A model generated the notes under the pieces. The model ran no database searches. It saw nothing but the letters and a program-made list of their open reading frames with translations, and was not told where the DNA came from. Positions 18,601-26,560 of a stretch of DNA of 64,000 nt are shown one piece after another (positions within the stretch are counted from its first letter, which is position 1; every line of letters starts with the position of its first letter). Source of the stretch: Candidatus Omnitrophota bacterium (lineage in GTDB: Bacteria > Omnitrophota > Gorgyraeia > Duberdicusellales > 4484-171). The stretch lies in assembly GCA_024231025.1 (NCBI GenBank), contig JAAEQW010000090.1, positions 21,490 to 85,489 of the forward strand. Direction: 5' to 3'. The position numbers and the translations under genes are program-made.

Positions 18601-20428
18601 AATACTCGCCAATCTCATGCGTCAATGCCAAGCCTTTTAATTTTGGATCATTATAAATATCACGATAAAGAGCAATAAGATTCGGATTGTCCAAACCTTG
18701 TTCCCTGGCAAAACCAAATAAATCTTTAATTAACTTCAAAAAAGTAAAAAGTTTGGGTCTGTCTTTAGAAGGAAGTGTTTGAGCTAAATCCAATATCGCT
18801 AAAAAAAACTCAAGTCCAGTTTCCTGATCTCCAAGGTCCATTCGCTCAATACTCTCCCGAGCCAATAAAGCCGCATCAAGATCCTCCAAGTCAAGATCAA
18901 CCGCCCCCAACTTTTTCCCCTCACCATCAAACACCTCAACAACCCCCACGCTTCCTTCAACCTTAACCTCTCCTGCTACAGCCTGATTTCCGATTTGCGC
19001 AATATCGCCTGACTTATCCTTTGAAGAAACATCAGACGGCGATTCTTTGAGCTGACTACCAGAGACTAATGCCCCATCAATGCCATCAATTTTAATTTTT
19101 GCCATTGTTGGATGATCATCAGTTTCTTGTTTAATCAGTTGATCATGTTCTGAGCTTGTGCCAACTTCTAATTGGTCTGGAACCATTTTGACAATTTCTT
19201 CAAGACTCGCGCCCCCCGAATAATATCTGCGATTGAGTTTTTTATTTAAATGCGGATCAAAATCACGACGAATATAATTGTAAACACCTTTTTTGTAAGC
19301 TTCTAAATATTGGTTATAGATTTTCTCTTTTATCTCGGGGTCATCCCCTTCAACCCCGGCAATTTTGTTTTTGTCGAAATATATCTGGTCTAGGATGTTA
19401 GTCTTCGCTTCCGGGGACACGTACCGTTCTCGGCCTTCGGCCTGCGCTTCCCTGCCCGTCCGGCAGGCGGGCGGTACATGTCCCCGTGGGGTTTCGACAG
19501 TCTGGCGAAGCCGTTTCTTAAACCAGGTTGCCAAAATCAATGCATTATATATTTGACGTAATTGACTGAAAGACTGCCCATTGTTTACTTCTTCTTCGAT
19601 TGCCGGCAAGATCACTTCTTTTGCAATTTGGGTAGAAATATTATTAGAGGGCACGGCACGCCGTGCCCCTACGATGTTTTGTTTTTGGGCAACACCTGCC
19701 TGCCCGTCCGGAAGGCGGGCCTGCTGGTAGGCAAGGTAATCTTCTTCCAACATAATCTTAAGACGACTTTCTTTAACAAAGGCACGATTTCCTGCCTGAT
19801 GAACCACACATTTTTCAGGAACAATCCAAATCTTATTAAATGTATTAAGTGGTATTTTGGTTGTGCCATACAACTGATAGGCTCGACTATAAACCTTCTT
19901 CCAAAATTCCTTGCCTAATGGACTCTCCGGATAAGTTAAAGATGCGGTTAATTGCTTTAAAATATAATCTTCGCCTAAAAGATCGCGGCCCATATCAGTT
20001 AAGCCTAATTCGTAAGGAATTACGCTATCTTTTTCATAAGGCGAAAGATTAACCCAAAGGTCTTTTGCCGGAGTGGTTAACGAAGTAAGAAAATACTTTA
20101 TTAGTTGTTGGGTCTGAATCTTTAACTGCTCATCACTAAGGACCGCATCACCTTCATCAATAATAAAGCTAAATTTAAATGGGTCATTAGGCGAAAACTC
20201 TAAGCCCCGCAAGGTAATTGGCTCAAAATTGAGGGTAGTTTTGACAAGCTTAGTGGGAGCAGGCATATACTCCAATGCGGAAGTATAGCCCGGACGAACC
20301 AGATATGTGGAAAAAATAGATAGCAGAAAAACACATATAAAGAACCCGATTAGGGCTCGCAGTCGAATTCCCGCTCGTTTTTTATAGAATAGTAAAATCA
20401 TAAACCAAACACCATATAAATGTAACAT
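9620..20428 (-). CDS. Giant multidomain protein 1 (3602 aa): signal/TM, conserved N-domain, helical solenoid, HAD hydrolase, LOG/SLOG domain, HExxH motif, internal Tat-like segment, GGID C-tail
   Basis: Uninterrupted ORF; LLDIDGTL...VSGRS...KG...IGN (HAD); GVIGA...TGGVPGVG...GSLGTIHEA (LOG-like); GHETAHA; PGGIDLN. Confidence 0.88.
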   Translation of the reverse strand: MLHLYGVWFMILLFYKKRAGIRLRALIGFFICVFLLSIFSTYLVRPGYTSALEYMPAPTKLVKTTLNFEPITLRGLEFSPNDPFKFSFIIDEGDAVLSDEQLKIQTQQLIKYFLTSLTTPAKDLWVNLSPYEKDSVIPYELGLTDMGRDLLGEDYILKQLTASLTYPESPLGKEFWKKVYSRAYQLYGTTKIPLNTFNKIWIVPEKCVVHQAGNRAFVKESRLKIMLEEDYLAYQQARLPDGQAGVAQKQNIVGARRAVPSNNISTQIAKEVILPAIEEEVNNGQSFSQLRQIYNALILATWFKKRLRQTVETPRGHVPPACRTGREAQAEGRERYVSPEAKTNILDQIYFDKNKIAGVEGDDPEIKEKIYNQYLEAYKKGVYNYIRRDFDPHLNKKLNRRYYSGGASLEEIVKMVPDQLEVGTSSEHDQLIKQETDDHPTMAKIKIDGIDGALVSGSQLKESPSDVSSKDKSGDIAQIGNQAVAGEVKVEGSVGVVEVFDGEGKKLGAVDLDLEDLDAALLARESIERMDLGDQETGLEFFLAILDLAQTLPSKDRPKLFTFLKLIKDLFGFAREQGLDNPNLIALYRDIYNDPKLKGLALTHEIGEYLLKRGLIKIEVKGAIAKLLCGFGLDRVFRFLTQRGWLKGKLVLKNNQNSEVARLTIEGDALLRAFKNYKLLSSKASGHDLLRAAAKQIMPDEYPKLLGPDKALTTFIKKNQTQRNSVQSEYFQKLYPFTDIPFDELPSGFQEIIKHSQGLPQELIDLCTKAGIDDAKYILLGISSLRDVIIVEDDPKQTITNLQEIGNELRFFLNKIRRSSSPKRKASGPESYLQPLFSNFLTSLKDIIIVEDSIEQTRENLDEILDKLLSVVLNTNSTRESIHEQRLEDFFNSAFFVFKDEIISDNLEQTAENLALLAGIFVGVSDDYMWGVNKSIGERLLSNNPRIIELALSVSEQSTHDPERNEIKVCYALVLGEAVKYNPGFTTRILTAIENSDDDATMRSLALALKQDRDDPAIKLNCNQIMILYQARERAVDDRAKEHLGWVFKGALECNPDVLAEMVDLATNNVQFENLKSTVESVLISVLRRGKKDDSVSKLISDLITLSVSGKITFDWFERIISSAFRDSSAPRALVSDILSALASIGDDSLREAILSVLDDALGRDIALPFVSKFNAQEFEVLLNLIRDSKNKQVLAKASSILMAIIKQKNRDNLNISEAGLRIVLNKFNSLVSEFSDQENEEDLESILALLPNIAWAAKVDKWLDPEDVDSILSALEKTDGRLAATFSYGAIKEDAINFSGLNDKVTQSFNQTENDSTKAAIAYVCGHCFSSQDHAEDLLVLIDRADNEQDLKRAATVLKNLLKNNENVSLTESSKDIFITKLATTEDEETLRELSAVFAHALVGNQQMRPDEDDFKTILSVVERTEGRVGAGIGMVLVSNPGLIVKAIDGIVSQGGISSENLVAKRIAKDLVHVVGKDPSLFNNLAVVIGKVQNSQARECLFSILSNEFLTFLPFSFGGLIDAIGWAEDGSFEKIQLASLLISCWDEKSGDFEFFRGLFGKVEFTKERARVILGLTGDSIEYDSRRFFYDALRVGLIHSQPRLEYSDLESLKEKLLHAADNNQAKAILDIMVEVVFSLKVKDHLPAQTVESAYSMLQRLVESEFVTKENLEVVCDFIVVLHQSQTFIPALNNPSTYDSILPLRSDEISQKFVENTKLLLENGFYPSATLNQRIDAANDPQSLMAIWRVYNPQVNNSFDPNDELKVALEYSRFCNEYVRQCGRESERETYTFEWFREILENFNRLSQDEVEDSTKTALSYTSYEVKKFFDFVVALKNSGRKVLVVPNFSYGWFLATPIKTRLESLGIKIAEVRVGSTEAHDDEHLICAKRKEQLFDDDTLRFMLKEQPEVVMMDGSNSFMRDVQGGSRYPDAHKAFVNVMLLINYVLAGDKFIEGADQLREQEYFQDFFNPQRNEGQVYSSYEMIMRFVDKLRRLKQELAIPDRDANAYRSEYYNPMNRSDISVTMGGRWSNRQVRDKPEAFNPDSIDGLDPINQSRLFVAAVNVSNQDMPDYMRQLNGQDKHLSGSIDDHISKRFVVNRQGVNPSHTFEDEFLRQFAIVERLVDLNEQRAVPVAEKDNLDSLPFRADKRFGGVLLDIDGTLKLRGKKISSEILDLIAGMLEAGYKVGIVSGRSKSIDKVFVRRMRRRVNSEALKNLYVFEQNGAGCYDVGNDEILTSYAIDSQDRRSIVGKLQSTDLEKFGFKVTERSAIIAVDNVTNEQKEELIIALKMALGDLGLMHKYKVVDTEVNLNIVPLEVNKGNAASFFAQQTGIKQKDILKIGNSYSVEGNDYPMLIMPSGVGVDSPDTTRWLLEIFFHEKIPPGQKDVTRRRSDQEGDEIQWQAEYIRQEYEGIRIGVIGAVSPSSDYSPTIGEELGRCLADYVKDKGYVFTGGVPGVGKDVYQGVCSLSQNSDERFFALLPQGMSAVGYSRISPNNRVAVQYIGKDMHQRRVGMAMVADVMIVLNGSLGTIHEAVVALKNNKKVIVLNYGGAGKQLYMAKLNNELTSDLKAEGLELPDLDNVIAANSIEEVSMMLSNMETLLKKAAMSAKSQAVSIPSSRVDIDPNSRSHQITSDEEGLSDVVVPVTSDADTEYFPPLVSPLTIANIIHGLHARFHEDGRLIRRVHLNRKQLEEQLSDLADKFGRVPTLEEAIRFVDGHETAHALFDEVRLFGRLSKGLKEQEEELANFFGLAFAGVLKKEDMPLGLMMTILDVERLINERLPEGEKIDGLYEYLIDADPFDRKNAKALEKKLEKIGINVEVDVTERNLSEIKAEYKDRGAEILKPMEINRRSFFKAAGVGAVSLGVGPVSEAIARASGVSNRSVRNHDSVLRYVRGGIASGGDLAILGYSHADSLKYDMIEKALSNNVLNAASSVRYCWDLFTLLQTERKVMDSLQKDIETIREIAACGKLAMLGLELTHQGVERVRKEALNGHRHIIANMQAHFSNVRIYIADKKKQGNNVSNLEDIVNYLENNIEEIADDFTLLTYGVLGYFHVHMRDFIDQVHFVAIDDDLLRKEASVYLEAAAYYGKKIVEFLTAKESIDLSDRLYDLSQSTSIASKEVLAIMKEIGVEERIPLGVIRNYCDSFNFFMLSAKDRDRAMIENTLHEASGIVGKDGVAMTVVGGCHLLGMTRYARELSGKNELGIKRDSLDKKDVFIVKPVKASQDIGQFLEFLIKAYDDGDAQYFKDLVLDLDLNFQWQTHLYRKQLRSIKKALLRGGVSNVAAVGFTRDRGFERINELVGLIDAFTIKMENLGFKRNKIEDTFLTLYGPLVYLAATSSRFFKKIISLDDSLAEGRQLVDIRHDLFRVCKEYGEIDLFMEWDREVRAAQSSNGTIADEKILAMHTKAKNREVVGTKVVTACAEYVSCYWMNRYHFSKIAKRLSSEVKTKGNLLVIGEKNYWDKLKQAFDGNQILTVQQNSSIENSAGPALVGANLFDQNNEKKNHLDYLASAQQTAGGEVDATLPNTNPGGIDLNPEMLEIDEESQTGGSIAPFSNFESLPFDIKTFKGFTFQIITIERDFKKADQEQEEPVFDLAA
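19412..19486. mobile_element. 75-bp MITE/REP-like element inserted in frame in giant gene 1
   Basis: 15-bp terminal inverted repeats CGGGGACACGTACCG / CGGTACATGTCCCCG; absent at the aligned position of the paralog. Confidence 0.7.
19649..19720. repeat. Two in-frame palindromes (GTAG-type GTAGGGGCACGGCGTGCCGTGCCC and CCTGCCCGTCCGGAAGGCGGGC) in giant gene 1
   Basis: Hairpins encoding QARLPDGQAG...VGARRAVP; relatives at 8564, 19451, 781 and 24760. Confidence 0.7.
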
Positions 20429-20590
20429 TTAATATACGAAAAAACCACAAAATTAGCTTGTTTTTAAAGGATTTTTGAAATCGCTTCCAAAATTATGGAC
20501 AACGTCTTAAATGTTATTATTGGACGATGATCAAAAATACTAACGAGTAAATTTGACATTGGGATAAAATTATGGCATAATTTACGTAAG

Positions 20591-21700
20591 ATGGAACGCT
20601 ATCTTAATAATCAAATACTAAAAGATCTCGAGAAAAAAATGGTTTTTCTTGGTGGACCACGACAAGTAGGAAAAACTACTCTTGCTTTACAAATTATCGA
20701 TAACAAGCGAAATTACCTCAATTGGGATATTGCTGAACATCGGGAGAAGATCCTTAAACGCGAATTACCTCCCGGAAACCTTCTCGTTTTTGACGAAATT
20801 CACAAATATCGTTCGTGGCGCAACTACATAAAGGGCCTTTATGACTTACGCCACAATGAACAAAAAATACTCATTACTGGAAGCGCACGCCTGGATTTGT
20901 ACCGCTTCGGAGGAGATTCCCTGCAAGGTAGATACCATTATCTCCGGCTTCATCCCCTATCAATAGCAGAACTTAAAATCACAAAGCAAAAAGACTTTCT
21001 GGCCCTGCTCAACTTGGGTGGATTTCCAGAACCATTTTTAGGTGGATCGCAAATAGAAGCTAAGCGTTGGTCGCGGGAATACCGCACGCGGCTTCTACAA
21101 GAAGATATTTTATCTTTAGAGCGAATACATGATATCGGTAATTTGGAGCTACTTACCTTGCGCCTTCCAGAACTTGTAGGAAGTCCTTTATCATTAAATG
21201 CCTTACGAGAAGATCTACAGACAAGTCACAAAACTATTACTCGCTGGATGGACGTTCTTGAGCGCACCTACGCAATCTTTAGGCTTCTCCCTTTTGGTGC
21301 GCCGCAAATACGCGCAGTTAAGAAAGAGCGTAAACACTATCATTTTGACTGGTCTCTAATTCCAGAACAATCTTACCGTTTTGAAAATATGGTTGCGTCA
21401 CACCTCTTAAAGTGGGTGCATTTTCAAGAAGACACAGAGGCACGTAATCTAGAGCTCCGATATTTCCGAAATATGGATGGGCAAGAAGTAGACTTTGTAA
21501 TTACCGAAGATAAACAGCCAATTCTACTTATTGAATGTAAATTGACCGACACTAAAATAAGCAGGCCGTTAAAATACCTTAAATCACGCTTTCCAAAAAG
21601 TAAAGCCTGGCAAATTCATGCCTCTGGTTCTAAAGATTATCAAACCTTCGAGGGCATTCGCGTCTGCCCTGCATTAGCATTTTTACGTACGCTCATTTAG
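20591..21700 (+). CDS. AAA+ ATPase (AAA_14) with DUF4143 C-terminal nuclease-like domain
   Basis: GPRQVGKTT, FDEIH, ITGS, SLQGR, GGFP, EVDF...IECK. Confidence 0.9.
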   Translation: MERYLNNQILKDLEKKMVFLGGPRQVGKTTLALQIIDNKRNYLNWDIAEHREKILKRELPPGNLLVFDEIHKYRSWRNYIKGLYDLRHNEQKILITGSARLDLYRFGGDSLQGRYHYLRLHPLSIAELKITKQKDFLALLNLGGFPEPFLGGSQIEAKRWSREYRTRLLQEDILSLERIHDIGNLELLTLRLPELVGSPLSLNALREDLQTSHKTITRWMDVLERTYAIFRLLPFGAPQIRAVKKERKHYHFDWSLIPEQSYRFENMVASHLLKWVHFQEDTEARNLELRYFRNMDGQEVDFVITEDKQPILLIECKLTDTKISRPLKYLKSRFPKSKAWQIHASGSKDYQTFEGIRVCPALAFLRTLI

Positions 21701-21779
21701 TTTTTTCACCAAAATAGCCCCATTTTTCCCTTGCCAAAACACCAAAATATGATATAACCATATTTACAAAGGAGAAATT

Positions 21780-21947
21780 ATGGCAGAAGTAAGAATTGAA
21801 GGAAATGAAAGTTTCGAAAAAGCACTAAGAAAATTCAAGGTTCAGTGCAAAAGAGAAGGTATTTTAAAAGAGTTTAAAGAAAGACAGTATTTTACTAAAC
21901 CGTCTCAAAAAAGGAGGGAGAAAGCGAAGAAGAAGAAAAGGCGGTAA
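21780..21947 (+). CDS. rpsU: 30S ribosomal protein bS21 (paralog 2; not in ORF track)
   Basis: Manual translation MAEVRIEGNESFEKALRKFKVQCKREGILKEFKERQYFTKPSQKRREKAKKKKRR*; AAGGAG RBS. Confidence 0.93.
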   Translation: MAEVRIEGNESFEKALRKFKVQCKREGILKEFKERQYFTKPSQKRREKAKKKKRR

Positions 21948-21992
21948 CGGGGTTTTTGTTTGTTGAAACATAAGTTAAAGGGAGAAAAGTTG

Positions 21993-22274
21993 ATGGAAGA
22001 ACAGAAAAAAATTTACATGGGAAATTTGGAATTCGGCGTTACAGAAGATGATATCAAAAAATTATTAACCGAAAAAGGCATAACTCCAACTGCAGTAAGA
22101 GTGATAACCGATAAATTTACCGGAAGATCTAAAGGTTTTGGGTTCGCAGAATTCGACACTGAAGAAGAAACCGAAAAAGCAATTGAAGCTTTAAACGGTC
22201 AAGATCTAAACGGACGCGCATTGCAAGTAAACAAAGCTCGCAAAATGAAACCGCGTGATGATTTTGGAAATTAA
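21993..22274 (+). CDS. RRM-domain RNA-binding protein
   Basis: RNP2 IYMGNL and RNP1 KGFGFAEF; start moved to ATG 21993 after a GGGAG RBS. Confidence 0.93.
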   Translation: MEEQKKIYMGNLEFGVTEDDIKKLLTEKGITPTAVRVITDKFTGRSKGFGFAEFDTEEETEKAIEALNGQDLNGRALQVNKARKMKPRDDFGN

Positions 22275-22299
22275 GACAGAAGACAAAAGTTAACTACTC

Positions 22300-22329
22300 A
22301 AAAAGCCCCGAGATTTCGGGGCTTTTTTT
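22300..22329. terminator. Bidirectional rho-independent terminator
   Basis: AAAAAGCCCCGAGATTTCGGGGCTTTTTTT between convergent genes. Confidence 0.9.
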
Positions 22330-24232
22330 ATTTTAGAAATTTCGCTTTTAATTTATTAATTTTAACTTCAATAGCAAGAATATCCTCGTTAAGCTTTTTA
22401 ACCATCATTTTATATTCGTTAACCACTTCGCTTCCATGCCGAGGATTATCAACAACTCGTGCTTTAACATTTCGATCGGTCTTAAGTTTTTCTTGCTTCT
22501 TTCTTAGGCCCTTTATTTTCTTAGAAATCAAAGCATTTTGTTCGTTTTTTGTATCTTCCTGTAGCTTTACTCCGTTAGTCGCTAATGCTTCTTTCTCTTT
22601 ACTGGTAACATAACGGCTCTTTGCTTTGCCTTTCTTGGAGGTATCTTTAGTTTGACTCTTCTTGCGCAAATAGTAATCAAAATCACCAGGAAATTTCTTA
22701 ATCTGACCATCCTCTACCTCAAACACCGTATTAGCAACCGACCGCACAAAATAAATATCGTGGCTAATAAAAACTAATGTTCCCTGATATTGCGTCAAAG
22801 CTTTGACAAGCGCATCTACCGCATCAACATCAAGGTGAGTTGTTGGCTCATCAAGCAGCAAAAAATTTGGCGCTTCAATTAAAAGTTTAGCCATAATCAA
22901 GCGGCTTTTTTCTCCACCCGATAAAATTTTTACCTTCTTATCAACATCATCTCCGCTAAACAAAAACATGCCAAGAATCGTACGAACAGTTTCTGTCTTT
23001 ACGTCAGCTGGAGATGCCGATAACGCCTCGTCTAAAACATTGCGATCTTCATTTAAAACATCCATTCGTGTTTGAGAAAAATATCCAGTGCTGATATTGT
23101 GCCCAAGAGCGCGTGTTCCGCTGTCTGCATCAATTACTCCAGCAAGAATTTTAAGAAGGGTTGATTTTCCGGCACCATTAACACCAGAAAAAACTGCTCT
23201 TTCTCCATTTATAACCTCAAAATCAATATCTTTATAAACCTCGATATCCCCATAAGATTTAGAAACTTTTTTTAAATCTACCACGCGGTACCCACTACGC
23301 TGCGTCGGCGGGAATTTAAAAGTACGAATACTATCTCGACGATCAGGAGGGATCACAATCTCTTGCATTTTTTCTAAAACTTTACGTTTCGCGCGCACCT
23401 GCGATGCTTTATTGGGTTGAGCATGAAAACGCTGAATGAAACCTTCTAGTTGTTTGCGTTTTTTTTCTTGTCGATCAAATTGCTTTAGTGCATGGCTACG
23501 ACGCTGATCTTGAATATCGCGATAGTGTTGATAATTACCTTTTACTTTATTTATTTTACCAAATTCCAAAACCAAAGTATAATTTGTTACTTCGTTAAGA
23601 AAAACTTGGTCATGCGAGACCATAATAAATGTTCCGTTGTAACTGGAAAGATAATCCTTAAACCAAAGAGCAGCATTTAAATCAAGATAATTTGTAGGCT
23701 CATCTAAAAGAAGGCAATCGTAATTTCCAGTTAAAAGCCTTGCTAGCAGCGTACGCATTTGCCAACCTCCACTCATTTCTTTAACTGGGCGATTAAAGTC
23801 GGCTTGTGAAAATCCAAGACCGCTTAGAATTTTTTTGGCTTTATACTCTAACTTAAAATATCCTAGCATTTCCAATTCATGCAGAATGTCTCCATAACGA
23901 TGAGAAGCCGTTTGGTTGTTTGCCTCTAATTTATTTTTCTCTTTTTTAAGTTTAACAATTGTTGGGTCGCCTTCAACCACTTCTTGCAGAACTGTATGAT
24001 TAGAAGGAAATTTTGACTCTTGCGGAAGATACCCAATGCGCGTGCCCTTATTGATTTGAATCCTGCCCGATGAGATCTCTATCTCACCGAGAATAAGATT
24101 AAACAAAGTTGACTTTCCCGCTCCATTTGGACCGATAAGGCCAATTTTTTCTCCTCTAGTAATAGATAAAGAAACTTCCTCAAAAAGCGCTCGCTTCCCA
24201 TAAGTTTTTGAAACATTACTTATTGCAATCAT
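22328..24232 (-). CDS. ABC-F family ribosome-associated ATPase
   Basis: Two ABC cassettes (GPNGAGKST/SGGW/LDEPTN; GVNGAGKST/SGGE/LDEPTTH), linker, no TM domain. Confidence 0.95.
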   Translation of the reverse strand: MIAISNVSKTYGKRALFEEVSLSITRGEKIGLIGPNGAGKSTLFNLILGEIEISSGRIQINKGTRIGYLPQESKFPSNHTVLQEVVEGDPTIVKLKKEKNKLEANNQTASHRYGDILHELEMLGYFKLEYKAKKILSGLGFSQADFNRPVKEMSGGWQMRTLLARLLTGNYDCLLLDEPTNYLDLNAALWFKDYLSSYNGTFIMVSHDQVFLNEVTNYTLVLEFGKINKVKGNYQHYRDIQDQRRSHALKQFDRQEKKRKQLEGFIQRFHAQPNKASQVRAKRKVLEKMQEIVIPPDRRDSIRTFKFPPTQRSGYRVVDLKKVSKSYGDIEVYKDIDFEVINGERAVFSGVNGAGKSTLLKILAGVIDADSGTRALGHNISTGYFSQTRMDVLNEDRNVLDEALSASPADVKTETVRTILGMFLFSGDDVDKKVKILSGGEKSRLIMAKLLIEAPNFLLLDEPTTHLDVDAVDALVKALTQYQGTLVFISHDIYFVRSVANTVFEVEDGQIKKFPGDFDYYLRKKSQTKDTSKKGKAKSRYVTSKEKEALATNGVKLQEDTKNEQNALISKKIKGLRKKQEKLKTDRNVKARVVDNPRHGSEVVNEYKMMVKKLNEDILAIEVKINKLKAKFLK

Positions 24233-24618
24233 CGTATTGTAATTACCTGTCCCCGATTAACCATTCCTTCTATTTTATACTTAAACCATGCCTTTAGAAG
24301 ATTGCGAGTAAACGGAATTAACCCCACAAATCCAAGACCATCTGTTATAAAGCCCGGCGTTAAAAGCAGCAATCCACTGCAAAGAATAATTACTCCGTCT
24401 AAAACTTTATCAGTTGGCATAACTCCGCGATTAATATCGTTTTGAATTCTGTATAGGGTAAGAAGCCCCTGAAGCTTAGCCAGGTATGCTCCGGTTATCC
24501 CAGTAAAAATTACAATTGCAATAGTAGCACCAAGCCCAATATATGAACCAACTTTGATCAATAAAACAAGCTCCAAAGCCGGAACAAGAGTAAATAATAA
24601 AATTAAATAGCCTAACAT
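24229..24618 (-). CDS. fxsA: FxsA family membrane protein
   Basis: PALEL, GLLLLTPGFITD..G, P.TR motifs. Confidence 0.9.
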   Translation of the reverse strand: MLGYLILLFTLVPALELVLLIKVGSYIGLGATIAIVIFTGITGAYLAKLQGLLTLYRIQNDINRGVMPTDKVLDGVIILCSGLLLLTPGFITDGLGFVGLIPFTRNLLKAWFKYKIEGMVNRGQVITIR

Positions 24619-24646
24619 GATTGCCTCCTTGATTGTTTATTGACTC

Positions 24647-24837
24647 TGTCAAAAATCTCAAGCTCCAAACATCAAATCACAAACAAATCACAATAACCAA
24701 AAAATCCAATTTCCCAAACAGTTTTAATTATTTGGTAATTCGAAATTGAATACTGTTTGCCTGCCCGCCGATGGGCGGGTAATTCGTAATTTGTAATTTA
24801 TTATCTGGCATTTCATTTTTTTATAAAACTTTTGACA
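24647..24837. repeat. About 190-bp imperfect palindromic, heptamer-periodic element (copy 2) with a GC-rich hairpin insert
   Basis: TGTCAAAA...TTTTGACA terminal inverted repeat; insert GCCTGCCCGCCGATGGGCGGG in the right arm; same ends as 737-933. Confidence 0.75.
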
Positions 24838-24861
24838 TTGATCAGTTATTAGAGTAAGACT

Positions 24862-25842
24862 TTAAATACGGCATTTCGTTATCTTTGATAATTGTTTTTT
24901 ATTCTTATCAACCACCTCAACGCACGCCTTATAACCTTGCCAAACAATTTCACGCGCGCGATAAAACTCTAGCGTTGCAATATGGTCAGTGGCAGGAGTT
25001 ATTATTAAATCTGCCGCTTGAGATGTAGTCTTAACAACTTGATACTCCATAGTATAAAGCGCGTTTAGTATAGTTTCAAAAATAGACGGTATACCTTTTC
25101 GCTCTTCAATCTCCTTTACGTCAATGAAATTTTTAACAAATCCTTTTATACTACCAAATAAATCTCTATTGCCACTAAGCTTAACTACCCCTTCGTTAAC
25201 TGTTTTTGAAGCAGCACTTGCTTTTTCTGTCAGTAAAGACTGGCCAGATGTAACATTTGAAAAAGACTTAGGTTTTTTAACTACGTCTGAGGCTAAAATA
25301 AAATCTGCTCCTTTTTGACGTAAAACATTAGCCGGAAGCGGATTGACTATTCCTCCATCAATTAGAACCCGACCGTTATGGCTTACCGGAGTAAAAATTG
25401 CCGGAATCGATATGCTTGCGCGAACCGCTTTCACAACTGAGCCTTCATTTATTATTACTTCTTCACCGGTTTGAATATCGGTAGCAATAATCCACAGTGG
25501 TATTTTTAAATCTTTAAAATCAATATCACCAATTAGTAATTTCAAAAATTCCTCAACTTTATTGCCGGAAACGAACCCCTGAAACAAAAAAAAGAAATTC
25601 GGATCAGCAAGCTTTAAAATATTCTTAAAATCAAGAGCTAACACAATTTCCTCAAGCCCCTTGACTTCAAGATGTTTGGCGTAATAGGCTCCAACTAAGG
25701 CCCCCATGCTTGTGCCAGCAATCATATCAATTGCAATACCGCTTTCGCCTAAACCGTTCAAAACACCAATATGAGAAAGACCACGCGCCGCTCCACTTCC
25801 TAAGGCCAAGCCAATTTTTTTTCTCTTGTGTTTAAATATCAC
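24862..25842 (-). CDS. Patatin-like phospholipase (RssA/NTE family)
   Basis: GSGAARG, GTSMG nucleophile elbow, DGG. Confidence 0.93.
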   Translation of the reverse strand: MIFKHKRKKIGLALGSGAARGLSHIGVLNGLGESGIAIDMIAGTSMGALVGAYYAKHLEVKGLEEIVLALDFKNILKLADPNFFFLFQGFVSGNKVEEFLKLLIGDIDFKDLKIPLWIIATDIQTGEEVIINEGSVVKAVRASISIPAIFTPVSHNGRVLIDGGIVNPLPANVLRQKGADFILASDVVKKPKSFSNVTSGQSLLTEKASAASKTVNEGVVKLSGNRDLFGSIKGFVKNFIDVKEIEERKGIPSIFETILNALYTMEYQVVKTTSQAADLIITPATDHIATLEFYRAREIVWQGYKACVEVVDKNKKQLSKITKCRI

Positions 25843-26560
25843 TTTTTAATTTACTCCAAAATTCTTGCCAGGGAAATTTTTTACCAGGACATTCGGTTCT
25901 GGCGCTTTTTACCCGACCATGGCCAATAATGCGACTCTTTGGTATTCGATAATACCTACGCAAGCGATTAACCAAGTAAGCTAAAGATTTTAATTGTTTC
26001 GCAGATACGCGATCTTCGCTGAAATTTCCTACCAAACAAACGCCTATCGCCTTAGTGTTCATATTTGCTGCCTTGCAATGTGCTCCATTTTGCTGTTTTA
26101 TCCAACGCCCTGATACTTCAATCTGACCATTGTTTTTGCCCTTGGTGCCGTTATCAATAACAAAGTGATACCCTAATCCATTCTCAAAACCACGAGCATT
26201 GTGTGAACGATTAAAACTAAGAGCATTACCAGTGTCAGTCGCACTATGGTGAATTATAATGTATTTCCATTTTGCGCAAGGATACAAGGGCACAACAGGT
26301 CTTATTGGTGCAGCGTCTAATATTTTAAGAGTTTGACCTATCTTGAGTTTAGAGGTACACAAATTATTGTTGCGCATGATATCTTTAATCGAAACATCAT
26401 ACATCTTACTTATTCGCCAAAGAGTTTCACAAGGCGCAACGGCATGATACGTGTCCATTCTAACTTGCGGCCCCGAAGGAATATGTGTTACCCACAAAAC
26501 CTGCCCACTTGCACAAGAAGTCAAAAACAACACACAAACTAATAGTAATATTTTCTTCAT
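25832..26560 (-). CDS. LysM and N-acetylmuramoyl-L-alanine amidase (Amidase_2) lipoprotein
   Basis: Start moved to MKKILL (ATGA overlap with feoB stop); lipobox LTSC; LysM ETLWRIS; IIIHHS, GYHFVI, GAH, IGHG, TECPG. Confidence 0.9.
   Translation of the reverse strand: MKKILLLVCVLFLTSCASGQVLWVTHIPSGPQVRMDTYHAVAPCETLWRISKMYDVSIKDIMRNNNLCTSKLKIGQTLKILDAAPIRPVVPLYPCAKWKYIIIHHSATDTGNALSFNRSHNARGFENGLGYHFVIDNGTKGKNNGQIEVSGRWIKQQNGAHCKAANMNTKAIGVCLVGNFSEDRVSAKQLKSLAYLVNRLRRYYRIPKSRIIGHGRVKSARTECPGKKFPWQEFWSKLKSDI

Noticed and set aside
9620-20428. Diversity-generating retroelement, intein or retron explanation for the giant genes
   Set aside because: No reverse transcriptase, no template/variable repeat pair with adenine-specific mismatches, and no intein splice motifs were recognised in the window
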